A stretch of DNA of 64,000 bases, taken from Heptranchias perlo. Its lineage: Eukaryota. The stretch's first letter is position 1; the number at the start of each line of letters is the position of its first letter. The notes under the pieces were generated by a model. That model saw nothing but the letters and a program-made list of their open reading frames with translations, was not told the DNA's origin and did no database searches. This document shows, piece by piece, positions 48,933 to 62,894 of this stretch. A program made the position numbers and the translations under genes. The stretch lies in contig NC_090352.1 of assembly GCF_035084215.1 (NCBI RefSeq), forward strand, positions 6,386,001 to 6,450,000, given 5' to 3'.

Positions 48933-51574
48933 ACTATCTTTCCACGGACTATCCCATTTTAAGGGTTAGTCTAGTGCCCCCTCTCCCAAGTTGTTAAGGA
49001 TTGATTAGTGTGTGGTGCACACACATTTACTTATATCCCATGGGGCAGGAGATCTATTTTGCAATGTCCGGCAGATGTGACATTTCATACAGCCTCTTGC
49101 CAGTTGCTTCTGTTGCATTCAAGGAGTACTTTTTGATTTGCAAACCCTACTATTTGTAATTTGTCTCCATTATAAAGAACTGAAAGTGAGGGGGGTGGGG
49201 GGATTGAAGAAAAGGTAGAGCTCAAGAAATAAAATAGCATAGAGTGAAAGATGGATCAAGGATTCATTTGTCACAAGAGTTTCCATCTGGTGTCTCATTG
49301 CAGTCCCAGCATTGAATAGGCTGGAGCAATTGACAATGTCGAGTGAATAATAAGTTTAAAAAACTGAGAGGAGTTTAAGATATGATACAGACCCATATTT
49401 TATTGGGGTCTTTGCAATCCATGACACATTAATGAAGGCTTCTCCTCATATTCAGTGGATTATTTGAAGCTCATCTCATTTTGTTTGACCTGACCCTATT
49501 TTACTAATAACTGAGGTGTTATCTCCTTTGGGAATAGGCCCCTAGAAATAAACACAGGTAGCCAGAGTTTGTTCATTGATTTCTTTTCTCTTTCAAATTC
49601 CACCCCCCCACCCCCACCCCAGGTAAAACAAATACCTAATGAAGTTAAATAGCACCATTCCTCCAATTTGGGAACAGTTGAATAGATATTTACACACCTT
49701 CCATAGATGGCTACAGTGAACGACACTTTCAGATATTTGAACAATGGCCATTCTGACCCTATGTGGCATTGACATTAACCAGCAATGAACAGCAAATCCA
49801 AACTTAAAAATGAGCTAACGGACACTTAATGCATTTCCTTGCCTGCTATTTTAACCTGGATGGCAACCACTTAAAATAAATGGACTAACATCTCAGCCCT
49901 ACTCTTTGGAACTCACTCCCTCACTTCTCTCTTCCACCTTTAAAAACCTTCCCAAAACTCATCATTTCACCACGCTATTGGTCATCTCTCCAAACTCTCC
50001 CACCATGTCATAGCATCTGGTTTCCTTCATCTATTTTATATTTTGTTTTGTTTTGTTTTCTTTCCTCCCTCCCCCATAAAGCATCTTAGGACATTTTCTA
50101 AAGTAAGTTGTTGTTAGGTGTTTGATAGAATCGCAAACACCAATCTCTAATCTCCAGACTCTAAATTAGGCAAATTTAGCTGTAATAAATTGCCTCAGCT
50201 TGAACTATTTTGTACTTAGGGATGTCTATCCCTTTAAAAAATGGTAGCAACCCATGTGTGGGAAAACACTTGCCCAGTTTGTGTGCCTATCCGTTCGTAC
50301 AGTGAGGCTTTCAAAGTCACTGCAAAAAGACTACCTCCAATCTCAAGTATAGTAACTGACAGTAATGTTAAAATAGTTAGGTGAGGTGTTTTTTTTAAGT
50401 ATTTGAGCTGATTCTGCGCTCCCAGTAGGGAGTGTATCACGGGCACATTGGCCATGACTTTCCATCCACTCATATTCAGCAGGCAGAAAATCGCAGGCAC
50501 AACCCGCACTGAGCTCCCTGTAAGTGCCACTGTCCACTGGGAGCACAGACTCAGCCCTTCGCTCCGTCTTTAACACGCAGTTTTCATGATGGTCTCCTGG
50601 TAGGTTTATAACTGGTTCTTGTTTAACAATCAACGAACATAAAAGTACATTTAAGGAACACCACCCATTCCGTTTTTGTCGAGTCTCAGTGCCACCTACC
50701 CATCTTCTTGCCATATCCTGCAGTCACTTTGTAAATGGGTGCATAGCCACAAATCAGTAATAGGCCAGTCAGGTTCGAACAATAAACAGGGGCACAAGTA
50801 AAGCCAAAGATGGGCATTTTATTCAGACGCAGTGTTTCAAGGCCCCCTCTAAATGCCCCAAATCATGTTAGATTACAGCACAGTATGTTCCTAATCCAGG
50901 GCTACCCTAAATAGCTCAACTCATAGCAGGCTGTATTGAGACCAGGTCCAGATTATAATAAGGGATAGCTAATTAGAACAGATAGTTTCTGTTGGATGCT
51001 CCTTTCTTCACTGCTCTTAGTAACACAAGCCTTGGTTTTGGCCTGATCACCAAACTCCCTGAGTCCCCTTTTTCCAGGGCTGTTTGTGGCCGAGTGTCAG
51101 TGTAGCCTAATGGAGGAGAGAGGTGGAGATGGTGCTTCAAGTGTCCGTGGCAGTTCTGTGCAATCTCCTTGATGAGTCACTAGCTGCCGGTGATAGGTGG
51201 ATGGATGTGTGATGAGATCTGAAAGCCCCAGTGGAGATACTTATCATTCCTACAGACACACTTTAGACAACCAGGGCCCAGAGGGTCAAAAAAACAAATC
51301 CTTATGTAGCGCCCTCAAAATTCACAGCCACTCTTTAACTTTTGTTATGCAAGATTTTTATGCCAATTGAAATACAAACTGTAAAAATTCACAGTAAAAC
51401 ATTAACAACTGTAGTAAGCCTGTATTTACACTGTATGATTGAATCTGTCCTCATCTAGACTGCTTACATTTATGAATTTGTACACAGATACATGAAGTAT
51501 AGATGCTAGGATTTTGAAAACATTAATTGCTTTAATACTTCTACCCAATCATTTCTTTGATTTTTAAAAAATAT

Positions 51575-51800
51575 TCGTTCTCAAGCTGTGGGCATTGCTG
51601 GCACGGTTGGCATTTATTGCCCATCCCTAATTGCCCTTGAGAAGGTGGTGGTGAGCCGCCTTCTTGAACCGCTGCAGTCCGTGTGGTGAAGGTTCTCCCA
51701 CAGTGCTGTTAGGAAGGGAGTTTCAGGATTCTGACCCAGCGACGATGAAGGGACGGCCGATATATGTCCGACTCGGGATGGTGTGTGACTTGGAAGTGGT
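51575..51800 (-). mobile_element. 3' fragment of the 32760-35305 LINE family
   Basis: Reverse complement of GGACTGCAGCGGTTCAAGAAGGCGGCTCACCACCACCTTCTCAAGGGCAATTAGGGATGGGC. Confidence 0.85.
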
Positions 51801-52957
51801 GATCTACCCAACTTCTCACCCAATCTCCTGGGAAAAGTTAAAAAGGAGAGCAAAAAATAAACTTAGGCCATATTTAAGGGGAAAAACTTTTGTGTTACCA
51901 CAGCAAACCATGATTAAAAAGCCAGTATTAAACAAAGTAATGAAATCCCAATACTATCGCTGCCCATTAGTCCCAATGTAACCCTGGCATTTTCGAGCAC
52001 AATGGTCATACCCACGGTGAAACCACCTTATTAAATTGATAAACAGCAGCCTGCTAACATTTCAATGGCGGGGGGTGGAGGGCGCAGTGGAGAGTGGGGG
52101 GGCGAGGTGGTTTGTTGTAATGTCATTTTCTTCACTGCATGTTATATTATAACTTATTATTCAAATAGTCTGTGAACACAGGCTTTTTTTTTCCCAAAAA
52201 GAACATATTTTAACATAGATGTTGAAGGATACGTTTACAAAAGGGATTCAGCAATTGCACTAATCTCATACACAGGATCTACTGTTTACTGCTGTCAGAA
52301 TAGGAGACATTGCTGTTTGATTCCCAGGGTTCTCTATTTATTTTCTATTTATTTGGTTACAATTAACTTATTTGTCCATATGCACATCGGTAGTTAAAAC
52401 ACATTTGTCAGCAAACCTATGAAAAAGAAAGATTTTTTTTAAAAAGGTGGCATTTATATATGGCTCCTTCAGTCCTGTACAGTTTGGGTTTATTCTGTGT
52501 TATGTTGACTGTATTGTTGAAATGTATGAGTTCCAAAATGCTGCTTTTTTTTTCTGTACAGTATTAAATGTGTTTCTCTTAACTTGGTGATCATGAAGAA
52601 CTCTGTGTGTCACAGAAGAGCTGAGTTTCTGAGAGATTCGACAGGTTCCCTCCTTATTAACACCTTGAATGTAAACAGCGATGCCAACTCCAGTACTTTG
52701 TCTCCGTAACAACAGAAACTGTCCGATCTGAACCGAACCAACCCAATCCAGTATGAATCGAACATTAACAGGTTCTAAAGTACAGGAGGTCTGAACTGAA
52801 CCAGGTCAAAACAAGCTGGTCCCCAGTCAGATCTCAGCTGTGGACGCCTATAAGTTATTGTTTCTCATGTCTAGACACATTTACCTGCAGTAAACTAGAA
52901 AATGTGTCCCCTATACTATGACTATATCGGATTATTTCGACTCCATTCAGACACTAA

Positions 52958-53147
52958 GGGAATGATTTCAAAGCCCAAGAACGGTTTTTTTGGATCACAA
53001 CTGCAGAATTTTCGGACTTTGCATTCCCAATGCGCCGATGTTAAACCCAGAAATAAAGCCAGGTTGCGGTCGTGACCCAAAAAACAACTATTCTCGACTC
53101 CCACCCGCCCCCGAACCCACCCGTTCTTGGGGTTTAAAGTCACCCCC
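52958..53147. mobile_element. Harbinger/Tourist-type MITE
   Basis: Inverted ends GGGAATGATTTCAAAGCCCAAGAACGG / CCGTTCTTGGGGTTTAAAGTCACCCCC with a TAA target duplication on both sides. Confidence 0.8.
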
Positions 53148-53647
53148 TAAGAGAGTCATTTTAACCTGACCTGCCTGGTGAAAAACTGTTGGGATCGGGC
53201 CCATCGCTGATTTTATACCCCACCTGATTTACTCTCCATTAACCAGGTGAGCTAGGTTAAAATTATCCCCCAATGTACAGTTTTGAACGGTTCAGGCACC
53301 CAGGGTAGATTTTACATCCTGCCCCGGCTGGGGACAGGACCTGTATTTTGTCCCTAATCCACACCTTTACTCATACAGGCCTACAGTGAGCTGTGAACCA
53401 AACATAGCCTGGAAAGCATCAACCAGCGCAGGGCTATATGCTGCACACATTATAAAGCGACACAACTCCAAAAGGGAATTTTCAGCAACGTTTAAAATTG
53501 TTCGTGAGTGATTTTAAACAAGAAATATTTGAGGAGTTCTTCATCCAATAACAGTGGGTTGAAGGGAACTCACAGATCATTTACCCTATGGTTAGGTACG
53601 AATTTAAACTGAAAATTATTGGTGCAAAATTACACATTGGGGGGGAT

Positions 53648-53787
53648 GGGTAGATCCTGACTTTGTGCGATAGTGTAAATTATGCGATTTTCGTTCCCAT
53701 TGAAGTCAGCAGAAATAAAAATTAGGAGAGATTTAAAACGGGCTGTCAATTCGTTATCATCCATCTTACACAAAATCAAAATCTACC
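53648..53787. mobile_element. Short palindromic MITE related to the minisatellite host
   Basis: Ends GGGTAGATCCTGACTTTGTG / CACAAAATCAAAATCTACC; centre CCATTGAAGTCAGCAGAA; ATTCGTTA motif also present at about 48883. Confidence 0.55.
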
Positions 53788-55191
53788 AGATCTCCAACAG
53801 TTATATTCTATGAATATATTTTGGAAGAAAAGAAATTTGCGATGCAATATGTAATCCTTTATTATTTGCAGAGCGATTGAACAGAAGATCAAATACAGTA
53901 ACCCATCGATATCACTCAAACGCCAGTGGCAATAGGTTGATGGGCCCTTCATTAGGAGGGGGAGTTTGACTAAAAACAAGAGTACACTCCCTGCAATAGA
54001 ATCTTTTAGATGGCTTGCAGCAATTGAATTGCAGAGAAGATTTTGACAGTATTGAACTGGAAACAAAAATAAAAGCGATTAGTCTAATTAAACACTAAAT
54101 ATTCGGTGTAGTGGCTGTGAGCGGCAGGAGATGGGTGTGAATGATGGGCAGCACACATACCGTGTGCAAAAACAAGTACTGTTTTAATTGGAGCAGATAG
54201 TTTAACACTGACTATTAGTTACCAACATTTCCCTTTAAATAGGAGAATTTTCTCTTTTTTGATAAAGTAGTGAAATCAACCTTGCATTCTGTGCAGCGTA
54301 GCCGAAGGTAACTTGATTCATTTTAGGTAGGTTTTGTGCTTAGTGGCTGAGTTAAGAGGCACATTACCCAATTTCCTTTTGCCTATTCACGAATTAGCTT
54401 AACACTGTTTACTAGAGGTTGTCAATTGATCTGCCCTTGAGACTAGAGTTATTGGCCCTCTCAGCACCTTTCTTGCGACCGTTCATTCCAAATATCGCCT
54501 GTTTCGCTAATTGGTGGCTGCTTAGCTCTAACATCTTCTTTCTCTTTCGGAAAGCTGGTAAATCAAAAAGCAATAAAGAATCAAGGGGTGATCTGCCGCA
54601 ATAGCAAAAGATACGACAGGACCCGCACCATTCAGCACCAGTGATCACGACTCTCAGTCATTGCCACCCGCACAGTGCTGGAGCAGGTATTTGTAAAAAC
54701 CACTGGTATATCAGGGAATTTTCAGTCTTCCTCGAGCTTGTCCAGTTCTTCATTTTTTTTGTCTCCTGCGATGTTAAGTAAGATAAGGGGGTAGAGCAAA
54801 TGAAATTCTGCAGCTGTTTGTAGAATGCATTTTGAGATTGTGTATGATTTAGTAATTAGTGTAACTAGTTAACATGAAATAAAGAGTATATGATGAACAT
54901 GTGACAATGCTTTGATTTCTGCTGCTGAGGCAGAGACATTGAAAGGCCCCAACTCCCTGTGTACTGATTTTTGGTTTTGCTCCAATCTTCCTTTTCCTCC
55001 ACTCCCACTAACGGGACTGGAGCCTTTGTCCCGTCTGCCCTCTCAGGTGGACGTAAAAGATCCCACGGCATTACTATAATGCAAAAGTTTGATTCTAGGT
55101 GATGCAGAAAAAGCAACATCCATTCTGGATGGAGTATCATGAGGATTGCATGCTAGTTTGCTTCCAGCAGGTGAGATTCTGGACATTTAAG

Positions 55192-55631
55192 GTGTCAGCC
55201 GTGGCTCAGTGGTAGCACTCTCTGCCCCTGAGTCAGAAGGTCGTGGGTTCATAGCCCCACTCCAAATGCTTGAGGGTTGTCCAGGCTGACACGTCAGTGC
55301 AGTACTGAGGGAGTACTGCACTGTCGGAGGTGCCGTCTTTCATATGTAGATGTTAAACCGAGGCCCTGTCTCAAGTGGATGTAAAAGATCCCATGACACT
55401 ATTTGAAAAAGAGCAGGGGAGTTCTCCCTGGTCTCTTGGCCAATATTTATCCTTCAACCAATATCACTAAAACAAATTGTTGTTTGTGGGATCTTGCTGT
55501 GCGCAAATTGGTTGCCATGTTTCATACATTACAACAGTAACTACACTTCAAAAGTACTTCATTGACTGTAAAGCACTTTGCGATGTCCTGATGTTGTGAA
55601 AGGAGCTATAGAAATACAAATCTTTCTTTCA
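55192..55631 (+). mobile_element. Near full-length tRNA-derived DeuSINE (SacSINE1-like)
   Basis: A box TGGCTCAGTGG, B-box-like GGTTCATAGCC, Deu core and tail. Confidence 0.85.
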
Positions 55632-56614
55632 TTAATGTTCCCAGGGCAGCGATTGTCCACAAGTACCTTCCCCATGAACCATACTCCCCATACGAGCCTA
55701 GACGGCGAATGCTGGCAGACAGTTCCACCAACGGATCCCAATCCTCACCACATCTGAAGACCGATTCCCCAACCGGAAAGAGTGGGTGTTCTCAGCAAGG
55801 AGGTGGGGGAAGGTGGCCCTGCCGATCACTTACCCCAACCAAATAAATTGAAAGGTCGGAAAAACCAGGCACTGTGAGTCCCACAGTTTCCTAATCAGTG
55901 CCCCACCCCCATCCCATGAGACCTGCTCCTCACTGTGAGCCCCCTGAAAAGGTCAGTCAGCCCTTAGGTGTTCACACACAGGCCTTCCAGCAGGGGGTGC
56001 TGGCTGACCAGCAGGGTTTCCCCCTCCCTATCCCAAGGGCCTTAGGCAAATATTAGCACCGATTCGGCCCCCACCATTCCAACTCAGACAAGGTAACTCA
56101 GAGTTGAACCTGGGATCTTTCTGCTCTGTATGGCTCAGTGAGGTGGTGCATTTACCCATCAAACTACCAACAAAGCTGTGAAGAGACATTGTTAACCCTT
56201 TTGGGGACTATCAGTATTATTTAAACCAAAATAAACAAAAGGGATCACACAGTGAAGCAGTCTTCAGTCTTCAAATGAAGATTGCACCTCAGTTATCTTG
56301 GGCAAAGTAAGTTTCACAACCAGGGAAAGCTAAAGGGACAAATAATCTTTTAAAATGTTTTTCTAGACACAAATCAAACAAACCTCCTTGATGAAGGTGC
56401 AGCTCAGACTCTGCTGAGTCACTCTGCTCTTTTAACCAGAGCTGTCATCCCAACCTAGTGAATTGTTAAAGAACTCTGGATCCCAAATCCTAAAGGTTTT
56501 TAATGTTTAGAATTGTGATTTAAAAAATACTTTATTTCACAAGCAATGATATCATCACATAAAGTATTTTAATATATTTGATTGATCTTAATCGACACAT
56601 AACCTAGGCTGGCA

Positions 56615-56850
56615 TTTCAGTGCAGTACTGAGGGAGTGCTTCATTGTAAGAGATCCCATTGTACTATTTGAACAGGAGCAGGGAGTGCACCCGATGTCCT
56701 GGCCAACATTCTTCCCTCAACCAACATCACCGAAAACAGATTAACTGGGCATTCAATTGTTTGCTCTGTGCGCGACCTTGCTGTGTGTAAACTGGCTGCT
56801 GTGGTATCCTACATAACAACAGTGACTGCACTTCCAAAAGTAATTCATCG
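56615..56850 (+). mobile_element. Partial DeuSINE
   Basis: CAGTGCAGTACTGAGGGAGTGCT core and CCCTCAACCAACATCAC. Confidence 0.7.
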
Positions 56851-56978
56851 GGCGTAGTGCAAGAGCTTGATTTTAGGTGATGCAGAAAAAGCAACATCCA
56901 TTCTGGATGGAGTATCATGGGGATTGCATGCTGGTTCCCTGCACGTGCTTCCAGCAGGTGAGATTCCGTGCATTTAAG

Positions 56979-57570
56979 GTGTCAGCCGTGGCTCAGTGAC
57001 AGCATTCTCACTCTGAGTCAGAAGGTTGTGGGTTCAAGCCCCACTCCAGAGACTTAAGGGTTGTCCAGGCTGACACTTCGGTGCAGTACTGAGAGAGTAC
57101 TGCACTATCGGAGGAGCCATCTTTCAGGTGAGATGCTAAATCGAGGCCCCGTCTCGGATGGATGTAAAAGATCCCACGTCACTATTCGAAGAAGAGCAGA
57201 GGAGTTCTCCTGGTGTCCTGGCCAATATTTATCCCTCAACCAACATCACCAAAACAGATTATCTGGTCATTATCACATTGCTGCTTGTGGGACCTTGTTG
57301 TGAAAGAAAGGGAGAAAGACTTGCATTTATATAGCACCTTTCACAACCTCAGAACGTCCCAAAGTGCTTTACAACCAATTAAGTAGTTTTGAAGTGTTGT
57401 CACTGCTGTAACGTAGGGAAATGTAGCAGTCAATTTGTGCACAGCAAGGTCCCACAAACAGCAATGACATAAATGACCAGGTAATTTGTTTCAGTGTTGG
57501 CTGTGGTGTTGCTATATCACAACAGTGATTACACTTCAAAGAACATAAGTGGCTGTAAAGCTCTTTGTTT
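56979..57570 (+). mobile_element. DeuSINE with an inverted SINE tail inserted at about 57305-57495
   Basis: tRNA head GTCAGCCGTGGCTCAG...GGTTCAAGCC and core; reverse-oriented tail CTTGCATTTATATAGCACCTTTC. Confidence 0.75.
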
Positions 57571-57604
57571 CTTTCATTAACTAGCTCAGTGGATCCAGCA
57601 GCAG

Positions 57605-58595
57605 CAACAACAACTTGCATTTATTTAGCGCCTTTAACATAGTAAAACATCCCCAGGCTCTGCACGGGAGGGTAATTAGGCAAAAATTGGTCAAAGAGGT
57701 AGATTTTTAGCAACGTCTTAAAGGAGGAGAGAAAGATGGAGAGGCGAAGAGGTTAGGGCCTAGACAGCATAAGGCACGGCCAATGGTGGGGCAAAGGGAG
57801 TCAGAGGCCAAGAGGCCAGGATTGGAGGAGCGCAGAGGCCTGGGAGAGCTGTAGAGCTGGAGGACCAGGAGCCAATGTAGGTCAGTGAGCACAGGGGTGA
57901 TGGGTGAACGGACTCGGTGCGAGTTAGGATACGGGCAGCAGAGTATTGGATGAGCTCAAGTTTATGGAAGGTGGAAGACAGAAGGCCGACCAAGAGAGCA
58001 TTGGAATATTTGAGTCTGGAGGTAACAAAGGCATGGATGAGGGCCTCACCAACAGGTGAGCTGTGGCAGGGGCGGAGGCGGGTGATGTTACAGAGGTGGA
58101 AGTTGGCGGTCTAATGATGGAGATGATATGGGGTCGGAAGCTCAGCTCAGGGTCAAATAGGACGCTGGGATTGCGAACGGTCTGGTTCAGCCTCAGACAG
58201 CGGCCAGGGAGAGGGTCGGAGTCGGTGGCTAGGGAACGGAGTTTGTAGCAGGGACCGAAGTCAATGGCTTCGGTCTTCCCGATATTTAATTGGCAGAAAT
58301 TTCTGCTTATCCAGTCCTGGATGTCGGACAAGCAGCATGACAAATCTGAGGGGTCAAGAGAGGTGGTGGTGAGGTAGAGCTGGGTGTCGTCAGCGCACAT
58401 GTGGAACGTGACGTGTTTTCGGATGATATCGTCGAAGGGCAGCATGTAGATGAGAAATAGGAGGGGGCCAAGGAGGAGAGGCGATGGAGGAGGATGGTGT
58501 GATCAACCGTGTCAAACGCTGCAGACAGGTCGAGAGGATGAGGAGGGATAGTTTACCACGGTCACAGTCACATAGGATGTCATTTGTGACTTTGG
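57605..58595 (-). mobile_element. L2-type LINE 3' fragment
   Basis: [12 protein letters not shown]...[24 protein letters not shown] and [16 protein letters not shown] motifs; tail GCGCTAAATAAATGCAAG(TTG)n. Confidence 0.88.
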
Positions 58596-59614
58596 GACAG
58601 ATGGGCATGGATTTGGGAGATGACAGCACGTTCAAGTGAGACCATCGAGATTTGAACTGACTAGCATTCAGGCGTGGGATTACTCACTGATTTAATTCCC
58701 ATCTTTAGCCCAGGGGCACTGAGACCTCTTCTACGGCCGAGATCAGTTAACTCACGAGCAGAAAGTGGAAGCTCGACTTTCCCAGTCTGTCCACACTGGG
58801 CAGTGCAATTACTAACTGAGACAACAGGGCAGTAGGGCTGAGTTTCCAAGTTCCTGGTGCCAGCACCAATTCACAAAACAGCCCCAAATATGTCTAGCCA
58901 AACGATGACTGCAGAGTCATCCAAATATAATGGAGCCAAGAAACAGGCCTTCTTCTGGCCCACTCCCGCCCTATCTGTGGTGGGACTGCATTGGAAGAGC
59001 TAGTAATTAGGCTGGGTGCCAGCCTTCCCCAGAAGTCTCCGCCTGCCGCAGAGCAGGTCAGCCGGGGGAGGAAGAGCCCAGGCTGAATATCAGTGACCCT
59101 GGCCTAGTAGGCTGTGGGCAGGCCAGTACACTGAGACAAAGCAGGTACACTGGCCTGCCTATTGGCAGGTGGGCCCCGTCTTGGGGGAGGGTCGAAGACC
59201 AGACCCCTGAAGATTTGTTAAAGCTGCAAGTTTTCATTTTGCCCCCTTTACGAAAGGGGCCGATGAGCCACTATGAGGAGGTCCCCTGGATTCCCCCCGA
59301 CCCCCGCCACCCCGGCAAACACTGCCGCAGTTTGCAGCCTCTTTGAATAGGTGGGCACCCGTGAGGCACCACTAACAGAGTGAGCACTGAATTAAGTGCC
59401 CTCTCCCTGAACTCGCGACCTTTGACAGGGTCGCTGCTGGAGGTCGTGGGCAGACCTATCCTGACACTTGCACTGAGATGCTGAGGCTGGACAATTTTCA
59501 ACCCTTAAGTCATTAAAAATGCCACTGTGACCAAAGGGTTAATGAGTTCACCGCAGCTCTGAGTTACAGCAAGAAGATCACATCAAGAAGTTGCTTTTTA
59601 TGTATGGAAATATA

Positions 59615-59775
59615 AGAACATGACATAAGAACATAAGAAATAGGAGCAGGATTAGGCCATACGGCCCCTCGAGCCTGCTCCACCATTCAATAAGATCATG
59701 GCTGATCTGCCACCTCAACTCCACTTTCCCGTCTGATCCCCATATCCCTTGATTCCCCTAGAGTCCAAAAATCTA
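59615..59775 (-). mobile_element. CR1 3' UTR fragment
   Basis: (CATAAGAA)n tail followed by GGAGCAGGA...CCCCTCGAGCCTGCTCC, as at 28730. Confidence 0.8.
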
Positions 59776-61429
59776 AAAAATTTCACCATTAAATCATCTT
59801 ATTCCACTTTGGAGTCTGACGGGTTTGCAGTCATTTTGTGTGGCGCTTTTACACCGGCTTCAGTCTGAATGTAATTAGGTCATTGTGACAAAATAGAAAG
59901 CTCTCACCACAAGACATCTTAAGAAACGTGCACAGAATACAGGACCCATGCTCACACTTTCCCAGAAGCCATGTCACGTGGGCAGAGGTCGAGGATCAAG
60001 CAGCCCAGGATATTAACTCCCTCAGTGCTGACCAACGACAGAATGCAAGGAAATCCATTTTATGTTTCTAAATCGATTACAAAATAGGATGGGAGCAATA
60101 CATAACTTCTGCTGTTGACGGGATTGAGGCCTTGGTTGTACTACAACAACAACTTGCGTTCGTACAGCGCCTTCAACGTAGAAAAACGTCCCGTCGGCTA
60201 AAAACATCACAAATGGCCTCAGGAGGTAGATGGAAGCTTAGGTGCTCCTGTGGTGCTACTGCACAGTGTTACCACATTATCTGGGGCAGAGGCCTATTTT
60301 GCTTCTGTTGCAGCCTAATGCAGTGAGGTAATGCTTGTGGTGTGGTTTCTTGCACACGAGTCTCATAGTAATGAATCGTTTTATGGGGACAATTGAGTCA
60401 AGGTCGCACCAGAATGTGGAGGGCAGTTTTGAAAAACCTTGAATTTGAGTTGGCAGAGATTAAAGAATATGGCCCAGAAATTCCACTGGGGTTCTCCCTC
60501 TCCCCCGCCCTACCTCGGTGGGAGGCCCAGTGGAACCATGGCCATTTACGCCATTTCTCTGGGGATTCTGTTGGTCTCCCACTGACGGTATGGTGGGAGT
60601 CCAGGAGAACCCTCACGGAATATCAGGGCCCACATCTCATCCATTTTGCTTCTTCAGTTTCCCTCTCTTGCTCCTCGGCTCCTGAATGTGGTGACTCATG
60701 CCGGGGTACAATTCCATCAATGGTGGTGGTCGGGGGGGTGGGGTCCTAAATTGCTCATTGCAAGCCTGGGCACAGTGTGGGTGAGATGCTTGTGGGTGAT
60801 ATGGGGCCTTGTGTCACAGTCGAAGCCCTAGCCAGTTCTCATCATATGATACATACATCATATGTCTGGCATATAAAACCCATACATATGCTTTCCAGGT
60901 GAAGTCACCTCATGGCATTCTGAACCAGGAAGATTGGCTGGTTTTTCCTTCCGATCACCAGCTCAGGGCTAGAGGCCAACTGCAGTGGTTCAGCTGCTGC
61001 CCAACTGAGATCAGGTAACTCAGCATTGAGCAGGGATGGAGCCTGAGGACCTTACTGATCTGTGTGGCTCAGTTCCACTCGATGTGTGTTCCATTCGACA
61101 AGTGAAGCACTGGGGGCGCGTCAGACATTTTTAATTCATTCAAATTAATTTTGTTTTTTTGTTGACTTGGTGTTGCCAGGCAGAGAATATGAGATGAAGA
61201 CCAAAACATCTTTTACAATGGAATTCTTTGAGATAGACAAATTAGTGATTGGGGGCAGAGAGAAATTCATCACTAATTGGTTCCTTATCAAGAAAGTAAG
61301 AGTAATCTAAGGTTGGAGTTTTTATGCTAATTATTGCTCTCCGGCCAGTGATTCTCCAATATGGCTTCCCCAATTCCAAGAACAAACACTAATCTCAACT
61401 CATCAGTGTTAACACCATGGCGACAGGAG

Positions 61430-61660
61430 CTGCAATGCACAGAGGGCTGTGAGGCTGTGGAATTGTCTTCCAGGGTTAGTGGTTGAGGCAGGAATTATGT
61501 CAATATTCAAGATTAGATTGGATAAGTGGATAAGGATAAAGGGGTGGTGGGATATGGGAACAGGATGGGTAAATGTGATTAGAATTATCTGCTCGCGGGG
61601 GGGTGGGTAAACGCCAGCATGGACTTGTTGGGCCGAATGGTCTGTTACCTTATTGTAACT
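61430..61660 (+). mobile_element. Old CR1 3' fragment
   Basis: QRAVRLWNCLPGLVVEAG...FKIRLDKW motif. Confidence 0.65.
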
Positions 61661-61664
61661 TGGA

Positions 61665-61960
61665 AACCTTCCAAACCCATGACCTCCACCACCGAGGAGG
61701 ATAAGGGCAGCAGGTGCATGGGAACAATATCACTTCCAGGTTCCCCTCTAACTCACTCACCATCCTGACTTGGACACATATCACCGTTCCTTCCTCGTCG
61801 CTGGGTCAAAATCCTGGAATTCTCTACCTTGTGGGAATACTTTCACCACACGGACTGCAGCGGTTCAAGAAGAAGGCCCATCAGCACCTTCTCAAGGACA
61901 ACAAGGGATGGGCAATAAATGCTGGCCTTTTCCAGCGATGCTCACATCCCGAGGATGAAT
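61665..61960 (+). mobile_element. 3' fragment of the 32760-35305 LINE family
   Basis: GSKSWNSLP...HGLQRFKKKAHQHLLK motif and shared tail. Confidence 0.8.
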
Positions 61961-62894
61961 TTTTATTTTATTTTTATTTCTATAACATCTCTGTTTAAGA
62001 ATCAGTCATTAACTGCAATGACGCAAGTTTGTATTTGCAAAACAATACGGAATTAGAAAATGCCACCAATGGAAGATTTCTTGTCCTGCTCCCATTTGCA
62101 GCTTGAATGAGACAGAAGGTTCCAGGAACAAATGTGGATGGACATGATGAAGTATTGTACGCAGCACTCTGGCCCAGTCTTTGTCTGAACAGAATGTCAT
62201 CTGAAGAATACAACGTCAGGTTATATTTTAATTTTTTTTAAAGGATACAAATTCATTACTTGGCCACTTTCTGCTGGTTAGACAAGTTATCAAAATACTG
62301 ATCCACTTCAACTGTAGTTGAGGTGGGAGTGCGAGGGGGCTTGAGGGGGGCAGGAAGGAGTCAGCCATGGTTTATTTTGGCCTTTCAGGAGGAACATGAA
62401 GACGCAACTATATCTTCAGCTATGGGCTTGTGGAGCCCCCATTAAAATCTGTCAAAATCTGTTCAACAATTCTGCCTGATGCATTAACCTCACTTTTAGA
62501 TGCCGATCCACCTACTGTGCCTTTCCAGAACTTTCTATTTTTACTTTAGGTTTTGCTTAGTTGTGTGCACAGCAGCAACTGGCAGCTGAATGGGCTCCAT
62601 TACTGCTCCAAATGTTTCTCAACCCATTCCACCGCCTACAGCACAGACCTCACAACAGTTACACTCTAGTTCAGACTGAAGGAAAGGTCTGGATAGAACA
62701 GCAGACCTGTCAGCAATATAAATAAAGCAAGAGCCTCATTAGTGCCCGAACTGAGACCATAAGAAAAGTCGTGGATGAGAAAAGGTTACAGAATTAGGCA
62801 TCCTAATGCATTCACTCTCTCATTATTTGGCATCTAATTATGCTTTAAATGGCTGAAATCTTTTTCCTTCTATCACCTTGATTGGTAAAGATAG

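Noticed and set aside
44001-54648. Minus-strand acceptor-like sites with short open frames (about 44337, 54057, 54556)
   Set aside because: Each frame stops within about 15-90 codons, no matching donors or consistent phase chain were found, and no protein is recognisable. A lncRNA cannot be excluded.
54631-54655. REST/NRSE-like TTCAGCACC
   Set aside because: Only the left half-site is present; the GGACAG right half is missing.
55192-55265. tRNA gene-like A/B boxes (also at about 56980)
   Set aside because: These are tRNA-derived SINE heads running straight into the Deu core; there is no complete cloverleaf.
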